A stretch of 64,000 nucleotides of DNA from an uncultured Atopobium sp. (GCA_916438885.1 CAKAGG010000002.1:912244-976243); one strand, 5' to 3'. Counted from the first letter of the stretch, positions 23,405 through 34,786 are shown. Notes: generated by a model not told the origin, from the letters alone. Translations and numbers: made by a program.

Positions 23405-23537
23405 TATGCAGCAAGACGGTTTCTCGCCAAAGGTTACAAAGACAAACTATTTCTAGAAAACTTACGTAACAGAGTAAGAGAAACGTTACAATTTTTTCAG
23501 TCAATCAAAGAGCCCTTTGGGGCGAAAGGAGCAATAG

Positions 23538-24389
23538 ATGTTCGTTACTACTAAGCAGATGCTTCTTGACGCACAGGCTGGCCATTATGCTGTTGGCGCC
23601 TTTAACGTTGAGAACCTTGAGTTTGTAATGGCTGTTGTTAGGGCAGCAGAAGAGCGCCGCTCCCCTGTTATTCTTCAGACCACTCCTGGCACCATCAAGT
23701 ACGCAAGCCTTGATTACTTTGCTGCCATGGTTCGTTGTGCTGCTGAAGAGGCAACTGTTCCTGTTGCTCTTCACCTAGATCACGGTGACGGCTTTGACCG
23801 CTGCATCCAGGCAGCTCGTGCCGGTTACACCTCCGTCATGATTGACGGCTCTCACGTTCCATTTGAGGACAACATTGCACTTACCGCATCCGTAACCAAG
23901 TTTGCTGGTCCTATCAACCTTCCTGTTGAGGCTGAGCTTGGCAAAGTTGGCGGCAAAGAGGACGACGGCCCAGCTGTTGAGGGCGAGAACCCCTACACTG
24001 ATCCAGACCAAGCTGAGGAGTTTGTCGCTCGCACTAACTGCACTTCTCTCGCAGTTGGCGTTGGTACCGCTCACGGCGTCTACCACGGTACACCTCACAT
24101 TGAGCAGGGTGTCCTCAAGGCTATCCGTCAGCGCCTTGATATTCCTCTGGTTCTTCACGGCACCTCGGGCGTTCCAGATGACCAGGTAGCAGAGGCAATT
24201 CAGAATGGTATTTGCAAGGTTAACTACGCAACCGAGCTCCGCCAGGTCTTTACCGCAGCCTTCATGAAATACATGTCAGAAAACCCTGGCAACTTTGATC
24301 CAAAGAAGCCTTCCGTTCCTGGTATGGAAGCAATCACTCAGATTGTTGCAAGCCACATGGATAACCTGGGTTCTTCCCACAAGGCATAA
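23538..24389 (+). CDS. Class II tagatose/fructose-1,6-bisphosphate aldolase
   Basis: AVGAFN, LHLDHG, SVMIDGS, GTAHG, LVLHGTSG, KVNYATEL; context favours the tagatose (KbaY/GatY-like) enzyme. Confidence 0.9.
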   Translation: MFVTTKQMLLDAQAGHYAVGAFNVENLEFVMAVVRAAEERRSPVILQTTPGTIKYASLDYFAAMVRCAAEEATVPVALHLDHGDGFDRCIQAARAGYTSVMIDGSHVPFEDNIALTASVTKFAGPINLPVEAELGKVGGKEDDGPAVEGENPYTDPDQAEEFVARTNCTSLAVGVGTAHGVYHGTPHIEQGVLKAIRQRLDIPLVLHGTSGVPDDQVAEAIQNGICKVNYATELRQVFTAAFMKYMSENPGNFDPKKPSVPGMEAITQIVASHMDNLGSSHKA

Positions 24390-24438
24390 GCGTCAAGGCA
24401 TAGCCGTCGCACGTATCCTGCTTTTACAGATAAAAATC

Positions 24439-24470
24439 AGGCGAGAAGATCGATTGATCTTCTCGCCTTT
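24439..24470. terminator. Bidirectional hairpin terminator between the aldolase gene and ilvE
   Basis: AGGCGAGAAGATC-GATT-GATCTTCTCGCCT-TT between convergent genes. Confidence 0.75.
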
Positions 24471-24505
24471 GCGTTAAAAGCAAAGCGTTGTTGAAAACGC
24501 AAGCC

Positions 24506-25552
24506 TTAGCAAATCTTGCAAATCCAGTCTGCCTCTGGAGCCTCAATCTCGCCAGACTGAATGCTGGTCAACGTGTTGCGGAGCTTAGACATAATTGGTC
24601 CAACAGCCTCCATACCAGCGCCAAAAACAATCTCTTTCTGGCCGTCAACAACTTTGCCAACAGGAGAAATAACAGCAGCAGTACCGCACATACCGCACTC
24701 AACAAACTGGTCAAGCTCGTTAAAGCGGACAGGACGCTCAATAACCTTCATACCAAGCAGGTCTTTAGCAACCGTTGCCAGAGAGCGACGGGTAATAGAA
24801 GGCAAAATGGAATCTGTGTAAGACTGTGGAATAACCAGGGTTCCCTCTTTATCAACAAAGAGGAAGTTTGCGCCACTGGACTCCTCAACATAGGTACGAG
24901 AGCCAGAGTCAAGATACATGCTGTCTGCAAAGCCCTGCTCATGTGCCCAGGTGGTTGGGTACAGAGACATGGCGTAGTTGAGGCCAGCCTTGATGTTACC
25001 GGTTCCATGAGGAGCAGCGCGGTCATAAGGAGAAACGGTCAGTGCAACAGGAGCAACGCCGTTGGAGTAATAAGCTCCAACTGGAGTGACCATAATGCGG
25101 AACTCATAGGTAGGAGATGGCTTAACACCAACAGTATTTCCGGTACCGATCATAAATGGACGAACATACAGCGTAGCGCCCGTACCAAATGGTGGAACCC
25201 ATGCTGCGTTTGCAGAAACAACCTCTTTAACAGCACCGACAAATCTATCCTCAGGAAATGGTGGCATGACAAGGCGGGATGCAGAGTCAACCATACGCTG
25301 AGCATTGAGGTTAGGACGGAAGCAGACAATATCGCCAGAAACTGTGGTGTAAGCTTTTAAACCCTCAAAAACTTCCTGGCAATAATGGAAGATGTTTGCG
25401 CATTCAGACAGCGTAATGCTGTGGTCGGTGGTAAGTCCGCCCTCATCCCAAGCACCGTCTTTGTAGTGGGCAACATAGCTGTAGTCACACTGCGTATATG
25501 CGAAGCCAAGCGCTGTCCAATCGATGTCTTTCTTCTCCACTGAGTTTGCCAT
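24506..25552 (-). CDS. ilvE: Branched-chain amino acid aminotransferase
   Basis: HYCQEVFEGLKAY, LYVRPF, IKAGLNYA, SILPSITRRS, GTAAVISP. Confidence 0.95.
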   Translation of the reverse strand: MANSVEKKDIDWTALGFAYTQCDYSYVAHYKDGAWDEGGLTTDHSITLSECANIFHYCQEVFEGLKAYTTVSGDIVCFRPNLNAQRMVDSASRLVMPPFPEDRFVGAVKEVVSANAAWVPPFGTGATLYVRPFMIGTGNTVGVKPSPTYEFRIMVTPVGAYYSNGVAPVALTVSPYDRAAPHGTGNIKAGLNYAMSLYPTTWAHEQGFADSMYLDSGSRTYVEESSGANFLFVDKEGTLVIPQSYTDSILPSITRRSLATVAKDLLGMKVIERPVRFNELDQFVECGMCGTAAVISPVGKVVDGQKEIVFGAGMEAVGPIMSKLRNTLTSIQSGEIEAPEADWICKIC

Positions 25553-25688
25553 GGCTTTCCTTTCTCCGTGGGTTTTAAAGAATGAACTTCATCATAAACA
25601 TGCGGATATGAATACCTAGTCCTATTAAATAGTTTGTAACCGAATAGATATTTTGCGGTATAACGTACATGAGCTGAAGGGAGCAAAA

Positions 25689-26048
25689 ATGAATATCAAA
25701 CTTAAGAGAACTTACGACGCACCAGAAGCTGACGATGGGTATCGCGTACTCGTTGATAGACTGTGGCCTCGTGGTATCAAAAAAGAGAACCTACACGCTG
25801 ATGAATGGGCTAAAACCATTGCTCCTACTACTGAGTGCAGAAAAGCATTCAACCACGATCCAGAACGCTTTGATAGCTTTGTGTCTACCTATACAGCTGA
25901 ACTTGACAGCAATCCTGACGCAGATGCCTTTGTCGAACAGCTTAAAAAGCTTGATCAATCTACCGTGACACTGCTTTTCTCGGACAAAGATACTACGTAC
26001 AACAACGCAGTAGTGCTCAAAAAGTGGCTTGAGACTAAGCTTAAGTAA
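25689..26048 (+). CDS. DUF488 / YeaO family protein
   Basis: KRTYD..DDGYRVLVDRLWPRGIKKE, IAP, NNAVVL. Confidence 0.9.
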   Translation: MNIKLKRTYDAPEADDGYRVLVDRLWPRGIKKENLHADEWAKTIAPTTECRKAFNHDPERFDSFVSTYTAELDSNPDADAFVEQLKKLDQSTVTLLFSDKDTTYNNAVVLKKWLETKLK

Positions 26049-26067
26049 TACGCTTACCCAGCCACGT

Positions 26068-26878
26068 TTACATATCTTGCGAGAAGAACTCCTGGTAGAA
26101 CTTCAATTCTTCAGGAGTATCTATGCTTGATGAGAATAAAATATCAGGCTCTACGGCGCTAGTGTTCTTGTCAGCAGCGGCATCTGCAGAAGCAAGCAAG
26201 TTTGCCTGTCCAAGCAAACGCTTAAGCTGATGAGCGGCGCCTGCCCCACCGTCAAAAAATTCTACGTCTCCTAAAACAGAGCTGATTTGCTTCTTGATAA
26301 AGGGATAATGGGTACACCCAAGAACCACGGCATCTACCTGGCCAGTATAATTTCCCAAAAGCTCGGTCAGTCGTTTATGCATCTGTTCTGAATCAGCCTG
26401 ACCAGATTCAATAAGCTCCACCAGGCCTTCTCCTGGAATAGAGATAACCTTTGCAGAAGGATGCAGGCGCGACTCAAGGTTGTGGTACTTCTGCAAAGAG
26501 AGCGTTGCTTTTGTAGCCAGAACAACCACTGTTCCATGGGGATATGCAGTTACTGCAGGCTTCAGAGCTGGCTCAACACCCACAATAGGTACATGAGGAT
26601 AGGTTGCCCTCAGCTCGTCTGCAGCAGCAGCTGTAGCAGTATTACAAGCTATAACCAGCGCTTTAGCACCCTCATCGATAAACTTTTTAGCAATAGCCGC
26701 AGAGCGCTGGGCAATCTGCGCTTTTGGTTTAGTGCCATAAGGAGCAAATGCAGAATCGCCAAAATAATGAAATTCCTCGTGAGGCATTTGGGCAACAAGG
26801 TGTTTAAGCACACTCATGCCACCAACGCCCGAGTCAAATACACCAATAAAATTATGAGGAGCTAAACGAGCTTTCCAT
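26068..26878 (-). CDS. murI: Glutamate racemase (probable frameshift just after the start)
   Basis: IGVFDSGVGG upstream of the listed ORF, APYGTK, IACNTAT, LGCTHYP. Confidence 0.93.
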
Positions 26879-26990
26879 TACAAACCTTTCAAACTGAATG
26901 TAAAGTATTTTATACCTTTATCATTCAAAGGTTGATTTACATCACTCTTGGGTAAAATGCCAAAGATATGTTTTTAACGATTGGAGTTTT

Positions 26991-27419
26991 ATGAGTAACG
27001 AAGGTAAAAAGGTAAAAGTCCACTACGTAGGCACTCTTGATGATGGAACTAAGTTTGACTCTTCCCGCGATCGTAATGAGCCGCTAGCATTCACCTGTAT
27101 GGCTGGTCAGATGATTCCTGGTTTTGACAAGGCTGTCAAAGATATGACCATCGGACAGATTGTTGATATCCATATTCCAGCAGCTGAAGCTTATGGTGAG
27201 CGCCATGAGGAGGCAGTACAGCCTGTTCCTGTAGCTCAACTTCCTGGATCGGAGAGTCTTGTTGCAGGTCAGCAGGTCACTCTAGGCACCCCTGAAGGAT
27301 ATCCTGTTATGGCAACAGTAGTCTCAAACGATGGCACCACCATTGTCTTTGACACCAACCATCCAATGGCTGGTAAAGACCTTAACTTTAACATTGAGCT
27401 TCTTGAGGTTGAAGAGTAA
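26991..27419 (+). CDS. FKBP-type peptidyl-prolyl isomerase (SlyD-like)
   Basis: VHYVGTLDDGTKFDSS, MIPGFD, AYGE, DTNHPMAGKDLNF. Confidence 0.92.
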   Translation: MSNEGKKVKVHYVGTLDDGTKFDSSRDRNEPLAFTCMAGQMIPGFDKAVKDMTIGQIVDIHIPAAEAYGERHEEAVQPVPVAQLPGSESLVAGQQVTLGTPEGYPVMATVVSNDGTTIVFDTNHPMAGKDLNFNIELLEVEE

Positions 27420-27442
27420 TCCACTCCCCCCTTTATTGGGCG

Positions 27443-27484
27443 AGAAGGGCGTAGATGCTTCTGGCATCTACGTCCTTCTTTTTT
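27443..27484 (+). terminator. Intrinsic terminator after the FKBP gene
   Basis: AGAAGGGCGTAGATGC-TTCTG-GCATCTACGTCCTTCT followed by a T tract. Confidence 0.8.
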
Positions 27485-27488
27485 CCGG

Positions 27489-28590
27489 CTTGAATTCTCA
27501 TTGCTAGTGCAACAACAAAATAGAAGGTAGTGACCCATGGGTCTACAATGGCGCTTACGACAACGTTCATTGAAAGGATTTCCATGGGTCACTATAGCCA
27601 TCTTAGCATTGAAGAGCGCGAAGACATTATGGTCTGGTGGAAAAATCATGAAAGTATAAGCCAGATTGCTCGTAAGCTCGGACGAAACAAATCAAGTATT
27701 TCACGGGAGATTAAAAGAAACGGTTGGACAATCATTGGAGTGGCGCATCTTTGTTACAGAGCCTCGACTGCCCAGAGAAAAACCGATGTTCGACGCCAGG
27801 CTTGCAAGAAACGCACCCTACTCGATAATCCAAGCCTTCGTGCACGTATTGTCTTTCTTATCTGTAGTCGCCACTTCTCACCTAAGCAGATTGCAGGCAG
27901 ACTACACTTAGAACTTTCCTACGCTCCTGTCAGCTGTAGCACTATATATAGAGCCATACACTCAGGAAAACTAGACTGTGAACTTCCAGGTGTACAGTCT
28001 GTACGTAGAAGACTTAGACACCGAGGTAAACGATGACATACAAAACACCTCATAGAGCGCAGAGGAAAAATACGGATAACCCATGAACTTGTCGAAAGAC
28101 CAAAAGAGGTTGCAGATCGCCAACGTATTGGAGACTGGGGAGAGATACCGTCATCGGTAAAGCTAAAGGTCCACGCCTGGTCACACAAGTTGACCGTATG
28201 AGCGGCTACCTTGTTGGTGGCAAAGCTGCATCAGGGTCTAGTGCCGATGTCAATGTAGCTATACAGCAAGCTTTGAGAGGTGAGGTAGTAAAAACCATAA
28301 CGCTTGATCGTGGATCTGAGTTTGCTCGAGCAGCAGAACTTCAAGAAGCTATTGGGGTAAGTATCTACTTCTGTCTTCCACATCATCCCTGGCAAAGAGG
28401 TACCAATGAAAATACCAACGGTCTCATCAGGGAGTATTTCCCAAAAGGCACAGACCTCTCATCGATTAGCGATAAAGAGATTGAGGCAGTATATAATGAG
28501 CTCAATCTGAGACCACGTAAGCGTCTGGGTTGGAAGTGCCCTTGGGAAGTCTACCATCACCAAACGTTGCACTTGCTTTGAGAATTCAAG
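27489..28590 (+). mobile_element. IS30-family insertion sequence, copy 1 (1102 bp, transposase disrupted)
   Basis: Imperfect ~25-bp terminal IRs CTTGAATTCTCA..AGTGCAAC / GTTGCACT..TGAGAATTCAAG; HLSIEERE HTH, TLDRGSEF, PWQRGTNENTNGLIREYFPKG. Confidence 0.95.
27585..28581 (+). pseudogene. IS30 transposase pseudogene (TGA at 28034-28036, frameshift near 28140)
   Basis: RHRGKR-stop-HTKH...IGDW then frame change to DTVIG at the first catalytic Asp (normally WEGDTV). Confidence 0.8.
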
Positions 28591-28612
28591 GTCATAAAGG
28601 ATGTCTTTTGCG

Positions 28613-29779
28613 ATGAAATCTCCGGCTGAAAGTTCTTCCAGAACAGAGTTCTCCGTTCTTCTCGCAGCGGATTCATTTAAGGGCTCGGCATCAAGTGAAA
28701 GCCATAGAGAAGTATCTTGAGGCTGGTGTGCTCCGTGCATTGCCTCATGCGCAGATAAAGAAAGTTCTTATCGCCGATGGAGGTGAAGGAACCGTTGATG
28801 CGTTTGTCTCTGGATGTGGTGGCAAGGTTAAATCAGTGCAGGTAGAAGATCCCTTTGGACGCCCTATTGTTGCTCGGCTGGCATGCTTCCCAATGGGTGC
28901 GCCGTGGTTGAGACGGCAGAAGCTGCGGGCATAAGGTTTTCGAGCTGTACTGATGAGGATGCGAGACGAGCTTCAACGTATGGAGTGGGGCAATTACTTC
29001 GAGCGGCTCTAGACCTTGGTGTCCATCGAATATATGTTGGCCTTGGTGGAAGCGCTACTTCTGATGGCGGATGCGGGATGGCTGAGGCTCTCGGTGCGCT
29101 GTTTTTAGATACGTCGGGAAAACAGGTTATTCGAGGTCTAGAAGGTCTGCCGTATATTGCTCATGTTGATATGAGCCACTTTGATAGGCGCGTGTATGAT
29201 ACTGAAATTATTGCCCTGAGCGATGTCAATAACCCGCTTTCTGGAAAACACGGTGCCATTTATACCTTTGGACCACAGAAAGGACTTCTTTTCTCGCGTC
29301 TGCGTGAGTATGACGACCGGATGCGGCACTACGCTCACACGGTATCGGCTGCTACAAAAGATAATCATGCATTGTCAACCAGAGCCGGTGCGGCAGGTGG
29401 ACTTGGTTTTGGACTTCTTTCATTTTGCGGTGCTGCGGCGATGTCGGGTATTCAGGCTCTTCTCGATGCCGTTCACTTTGACGAGCAACTACAAGGTGTC
29501 AACTTGGTAATTACCGGAGAAGGTCGTATGGACAACCAAACGGCGTATGGAAAAGCGCCGGTAGGGGTTGCACGACGTGCGGCGCTGCAAGGTATTCCAA
29601 CGTATGCCGTTGTGGGATCACATACAGAGGATATCTCCAAAGTACATGAGGTCGGTATTCAACAAGTTTTTGCGTCAGCACCAGCGGGTCTTTCGTTAGA
29701 AGAATGCATGAAAAGGACACCGGAAGACGTTTCGACTGCGGCTGAACGTGCAGTAAGGTCTTTTATACGGAAATTTTGA
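28613..29779 (+). CDS. glxK: Glycerate kinase (frameshifts near 28698 and 28880)
   Basis: LLAADSFKGS, IADGGEGT, GLGGSATSDGG, GAAGGLG, ITGEGRMD..GKAP. Confidence 0.88.
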
Positions 29780-29793
29780 CCAACATCGCTTCA

Positions 29794-30135
29794 TTAGGGT
29801 TTGATGTGCACTCCCGAAACAACATTAATCGCAAGCCATATGTCAAAAAATGTTAGCGCAAGGGCGATAACGGTAAATGTGGCCGGAAGGTAAAAACGCT
29901 TCTTCGTTATCACGTGGTTCTTTCTGTCCTTGAGCCACCAAATAAGTGTGCGTATAAGACTGATTGCCACGATAACCCACGCAATAAAAATCAAGATAGC
30001 GATAGGAAAGGCCCAAGAATTAACTAAAGCCTCGAGGGATTCGATCGTATAGCCAAAAATGGCCGCAACGAATATGACGGGAAAATAAAAAAGCAGAAGT
30101 AACATCCCCATGACAAACCTCCTTGTGTATTGCAT
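29794..30135 (-). CDS. Small hypothetical membrane protein (about 3 TM)
   Basis: 113-aa hydrophobic ORF; GGAGG RBS before the internal ATG near 30112. Confidence 0.6.
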   Translation of the reverse strand: MQYTRRFVMGMLLLLFYFPVIFVAAIFGYTIESLEALVNSWAFPIAILIFIAWVIVAISLIRTLIWWLKDRKNHVITKKRFYLPATFTVIALALTFFDIWLAINVVSGVHIKP

Positions 30136-30412
30136 TTCTGGCTGCTCTTCTAAATAGTATAGTTCGCTCGGAGTGTCGTTTTCTTAAGAATAGATTAAGA
30201 GTTAATGACGTTATGGTGAGTTTGTCATGTGCTGTTTATATCAGTTGTATGACTGCTTACGAATCTGTTTGAGCCATTGCTTTCGCTTCTTTTTTATATT
30301 CAATTTAAGAAGTTTCGGTATTTACCAAGTGTGGCAGAAGAGGTTTTGTGGCCCCTTCTGCCAATGGTACGTGCGGTAAGGATATCCTTACGAGAATCTT
30401 AATTTTTGATGG

Positions 30413-31504
30413 TTATGCACCTAAAGCTGCGCGACCATATGCATCGGCGGCCAAGAGAGCATTTGCAACCTTCTCGGGTGTGACTTCAAACGGCATGTTA
30501 TGAAGCGTGTCATTTTCAGCGCATGCAAGCGTAGCCACTTCAAGTACGCGCTCATAGGTAACATCCGTTACGCCAAGCTGCTTGAAGGTAACGGGCAATC
30601 CAATCTCAACGCAGAAATCAAGAACATCGTAGAGCTCATCAGCATTCTCAAGAACGAGCTGTGTAATCGTGCCGAAGGCAACCTTTTCTCCATGGTACAT
30701 GGCATGCGTTTCGCTCATGGCAGTCAGGCCGTTGTGAATGGCGTGGGCACCTGCGAGACCTGCTGATTCAAAGCCAAGGCCGGAAAGCAGCGTATTTGCC
30801 TCGATGATCTTCTCGACAGCTTCCGTACAAGCACCTGCTTCAAGTGCAAGCTTAGCTTTAACGCCTTCGTCCATAAGGGTCTCATAGCAAAGTGTTGCCA
30901 AAGCCATTGCGGCATTGGTAACTTTGCCGCCAGCGCATGTACCTGCATCGGAGCGCTGGCATGCGCGAGCTTCAAAAAATGTGGCAAGTGCATCGCCCAT
31001 GCCAGAGACGGTCAAGCGAACGGGGCTCTTGGCAATTACCTCGGTGTCCATAAGTACCAGGTTAGGATTTTGCTTAAAGAATTGATACTCTTTGAATTGA
31101 CCTTCGTCAGTGTAAATGACAGAAAGGGCAGAGCATGGTGCGTCCGTGGCTGCAATGGTTGGCACGATAATGACAGGAAGATCTTTTGTAGCGGCCACGG
31201 CTTTTGCGGTATCAAAGATTTTACCGCCACCGACACCGACTACCACTTCGGCGCCACAGGCATCAAGCACCTGCACAAGGCGGTCAATCTCAGCCTGTGA
31301 GCACTCTCCATTAAAATTGTCATAATGAAGTTCAACTTTTGCATCCTCAAAACTCTTTGAAATCACATCGCCGGAGCGCTTAAGTCCACCGGCCGTGATG
31401 ATGACAAGTGCGCTCTTTCCGTAGGCTTGAGTATATTCTCCCAGCTTGGCAAGCTCCCCCGGACCTTGAATGTACTTGCTTGGACTAATAAAGATACGTG
31501 CCAT
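30413..31504 (-). CDS. gldA: Glycerol dehydrogenase
   Basis: SPSKYIQG, GGGKIFDTAK, PTIAATDAPCSALSVIY, GMGDALAT, AHAIHNG, HGEKVAFG. Confidence 0.93.
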   Translation of the reverse strand: MARIFISPSKYIQGPGELAKLGEYTQAYGKSALVIITAGGLKRSGDVISKSFEDAKVELHYDNFNGECSQAEIDRLVQVLDACGAEVVVGVGGGKIFDTAKAVAATKDLPVIIVPTIAATDAPCSALSVIYTDEGQFKEYQFFKQNPNLVLMDTEVIAKSPVRLTVSGMGDALATFFEARACQRSDAGTCAGGKVTNAAMALATLCYETLMDEGVKAKLALEAGACTEAVEKIIEANTLLSGLGFESAGLAGAHAIHNGLTAMSETHAMYHGEKVAFGTITQLVLENADELYDVLDFCVEIGLPVTFKQLGVTDVTYERVLEVATLACAENDTLHNMPFEVTPEKVANALLAADAYGRAALGA

Positions 31505-31770
31505 TTCCCACTCCTTTCAGTTGAGACATTCCGTATGCCTCAAAATGACTATAAAAATGATAGTTCTTCTTCTTCGATTAATTCGTGAGATATGTATAAC
31601 GTCCATATTGCAAAGACTCTGTGCCATATGGTTATGTCAACCTGTTTTCCCTCTTTTGCTCCTTCATGCGATAATAAAACGAGAAATGCGTCCGCGTGCC
31701 TACCATGTATGTTCTTCTCGACACGTCTGTTGCAGTGTCGATGGTATGGTCAGATCAAAGGAAATATACC

Positions 31771-33455
31771 ATGGCAGAGTTTGTTTATCAAATGTACCAA
31801 GCACGTAAAGCAGTCGGAGATAAAGTCATCCTCGATGATGTCACCGTCGGTGTATATCCTGGGGCAAAGATTGGTGTTGTCGGCCCTAACGGTATGGGTA
31901 AGTCTACACTCCTTAAAGTCATTGCCGGTCTTGAGACGCTTTCCCAATGGAGAAGCCCGTTTGACACCGGGCTTTACGGTGGGACTTCTTCAGCAGGAGC
32001 CTCCGCTTGATGAAGATAAGACCGTCAAGGAAAATATTGAGCAGGCGTTTGGCGAGCTTCTTTCTCAGATTGCCCGTTTTAACGCAATAGGCGAAGAAAT
32101 GTCTAGCCCTGATGCGGACTTTGATGCCCTGATGGTAGAGATGGGGCAGTTGCAGACAGAGATTGATACCGCCGACGGTTGGGACTTGGACAGTCGGCTT
32201 TCGCAGGCGATGGATGCACTACAGTGTCCGGATTCGGACGCCCCAGTGGCACATCTTTCCGGTGGCGAGCGTCGCCGTGTGGCGCTGTGTCGCCTGTTGC
32301 TTGAGGCTCCTGACTTGCTGCTTTTGGATGAGCCAACAAATCATTTGGACGCAGAGTCCGTGCTCTGGCTTGAAAAAAATTCCTCCACGATTATCCCGGT
32401 GCCGTTATGGCTGTAACGCATGATCGCTACTTCCTTGATGATGTTGCGGAATGGATTTGCGAAGTTGATCGTGGGCAGCTCTATCCCTATGAGGGCAATT
32501 ATTCAACGTATCTGGAGAATAAGGCCGCACGACTTGAAGCACAAAATCAGCAAGATGCCAAACGTGCCAAGAAAATGCGGGCAGAGTTGGATTGGGTCCG
32601 CTCGTCTCCCCAAAAGCCCGCCAAGCAAAGAACCGTGCACGACTTGATCGCTACGAGCAGATGGAAGCAGAGGCCCGTGCGTCGAAGAAGCTTGATTTCA
32701 CTGAAATTCAGATTCCTGTGGGGCCACGCTTGGGACAAAAAGTCCTGGACGCTAGTCATTTACATAAGGCGTTTGGCGATCATGTGCTTATCGACGATCT
32801 TTCCTTTAGCTTACCGCGCAATGGTATCGTCGGTGTCATTGGCCCTAACGGCGTGGGAAAGTCAACGCTCTTTAAGATGATCGTGGGGCAGGAGCCTCTT
32901 GATTCCGGTGCACTTGAAGTAGGTGAATCCGTCAAGCTGTCCTATGTTGACCAGCTGCGCTCTGGCATTGATCCAAATAAGACCTTATGGGAAGTGGTTT
33001 CCGACGGTAATGACTTTATCAAGGTGGGGGATACGGAAATCCCCAGCCGCGCCTATGTGGCAAGTTTTGGTTTCAAAGGTTCCGATCAGCAAAAGCGCGC
33101 CGGTGTACTTTCCGGGGGCGAGAGGAACCGTCTGAACTTGGCTCTTACGCTCAAGCAGGGGGGAAATTTGCTGCTTTTGGATGAGCCTACCAATGACCTT
33201 GATATCGAAACCTTGGAAAGCTTGGAAGCGGCTCTTGAGCGTTTCCCGGGATGCTCGGTAGTTACCAGTCACGACCGTTGGTTTTTGGATCGCATTGCCA
33301 CACATATCTTGGCGTGGGAGGGCACGGACGAAAATCCCGGGCACTGGCATTGGTTTGAAGGCAACTTTGCATCGTACCAGGCTGATCGCGAGAAACGCCT
33401 TGGGCCTGAAGCCGCAAGTCCGCACCGCCTTCACCGCAAACTTACGCGCGATTAG
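31771..33455 (+). CDS. ettA: ABC-F translational throttle protein EttA/ChvD (frameshifts near 31945, 32375, 32610)
   Basis: [45 protein letters not shown], two ABC domains, HRKLTR end. Confidence 0.92.
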
Positions 33456-33684
33456 AGAGCTTGCGTCACGGTTTACGTGCTGTTATGTGACTGGAGTATA
33501 TACAGCTTAGGCGGCAGCACTCTTATATGAAACTCTGCGGTGTGCTGTCTAAATCAGTATGGCGTGGGTATCGTATACAACGGATGGCGAGCGCATACAA
33601 GTACTTCTCGCCAAAATATTTGCGTTTGAAAGGGGCATATGATGGCACTTGATTCTAAAGTTGGAGAAATTCTTAACAAACAGA

Positions 33685-34786
33685 CTTGAATTCTCATTGT
33701 AAGTGCAACAACAAAAGACAAGGTAGTGACCCATGGGTCTACAATGGCGCTTACGACAACGTTCATTGAAAGGATTTCCATGGGTCACTATAGCCATCTT
33801 AGCATTGAAGAGCGCGAAGACATTATGGTCTGGTGGAAAAATCATGAAAGTATAAGCCAGATTGCTCGTAAGCTCGGACGAAACAAATCAAGTATTTCAC
33901 GGGAGATTAAAAGAAACGGTTGGACAATCATTGGAGTGGCGCATCTTTGTTACAGAGCCTCGACTGCCCAGAGAAAAACCGATGTTCGACGCCAGGCTTG
34001 CAAGAAACGCACCCTACTCGATAATCCAAGCCTTCGTGCACGTATTGTCTTTCTTATCTGTAGTCGCCACTTCTCACCTAAGCAGATTGCAGGCAGACTA
34101 CACTTAGAACTTTCCTACGCTCCTGTCAGCTGTAGCACTATATATAGAGCCATACACTCAGGAAAACTAGACTGTGAACTTCCAGGTGTACAGTCTGTAC
34201 GTAGAAGACTTAGACACCGAGGTAAACGATGACATACAAAACACCTCATAGAGCGCAGAGGAAAAATACGGATAACCCATGAACTTGTCGAAAGACCAAA
34301 AGAGGTTGCAGATCGCCAACGTATTGGAGACTGGGGAGAGATACCGTCATCGGTAAAGCTAAAGGTCCACGCCTGGTCACACAAGTTGACCGTATGAGCG
34401 GCTACCTTGTTGGTGGCAAAGCTGCATCAGGGTCTAGTGCCGATGTCAATGTAGCTATACAGCAAGCTTTGAGAGGTGAGGTAGTAAAAACCATAACGCT
34501 TGATCGTGGATCTGAGTTTGCTCGAGCAGCAGAACTTCAAGAAGCTATTGGGGTAAGTATCTACTTCTGTCTTCCACATCATCCCTGGCAAAGAGGTACC
34601 AATGAAAATACCAACGGTCTCATCAGGGAGTATTTCCCAAAAGGCACAGACCTCTCATCGATTAGCGATAAAGAGATTGAGGCAGTATATAATGAGCTCA
34701 ATCTGAGACCACGTAAGCGTCTGGGTTGGAAGTGCCCTTGGGAAGTCTACCATCACCAAACGTTGCACTTGCTTTGAGAATTCAAG
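33685..34786 (+). mobile_element. IS30-family insertion sequence, copy 2 (1102 bp, same lesions as copy 1)
   Basis: Direct repeat of 27489-28590 at offset 6196; internal ORF translations identical. Confidence 0.95.

Noticed and set aside
27489..34786. Composite transposon carrying glxK-gldA-ettA
   Set aside because: The outer flanks do not match each other (GG versus GA) while each copy has its own matching flanks, favouring independent insertions.
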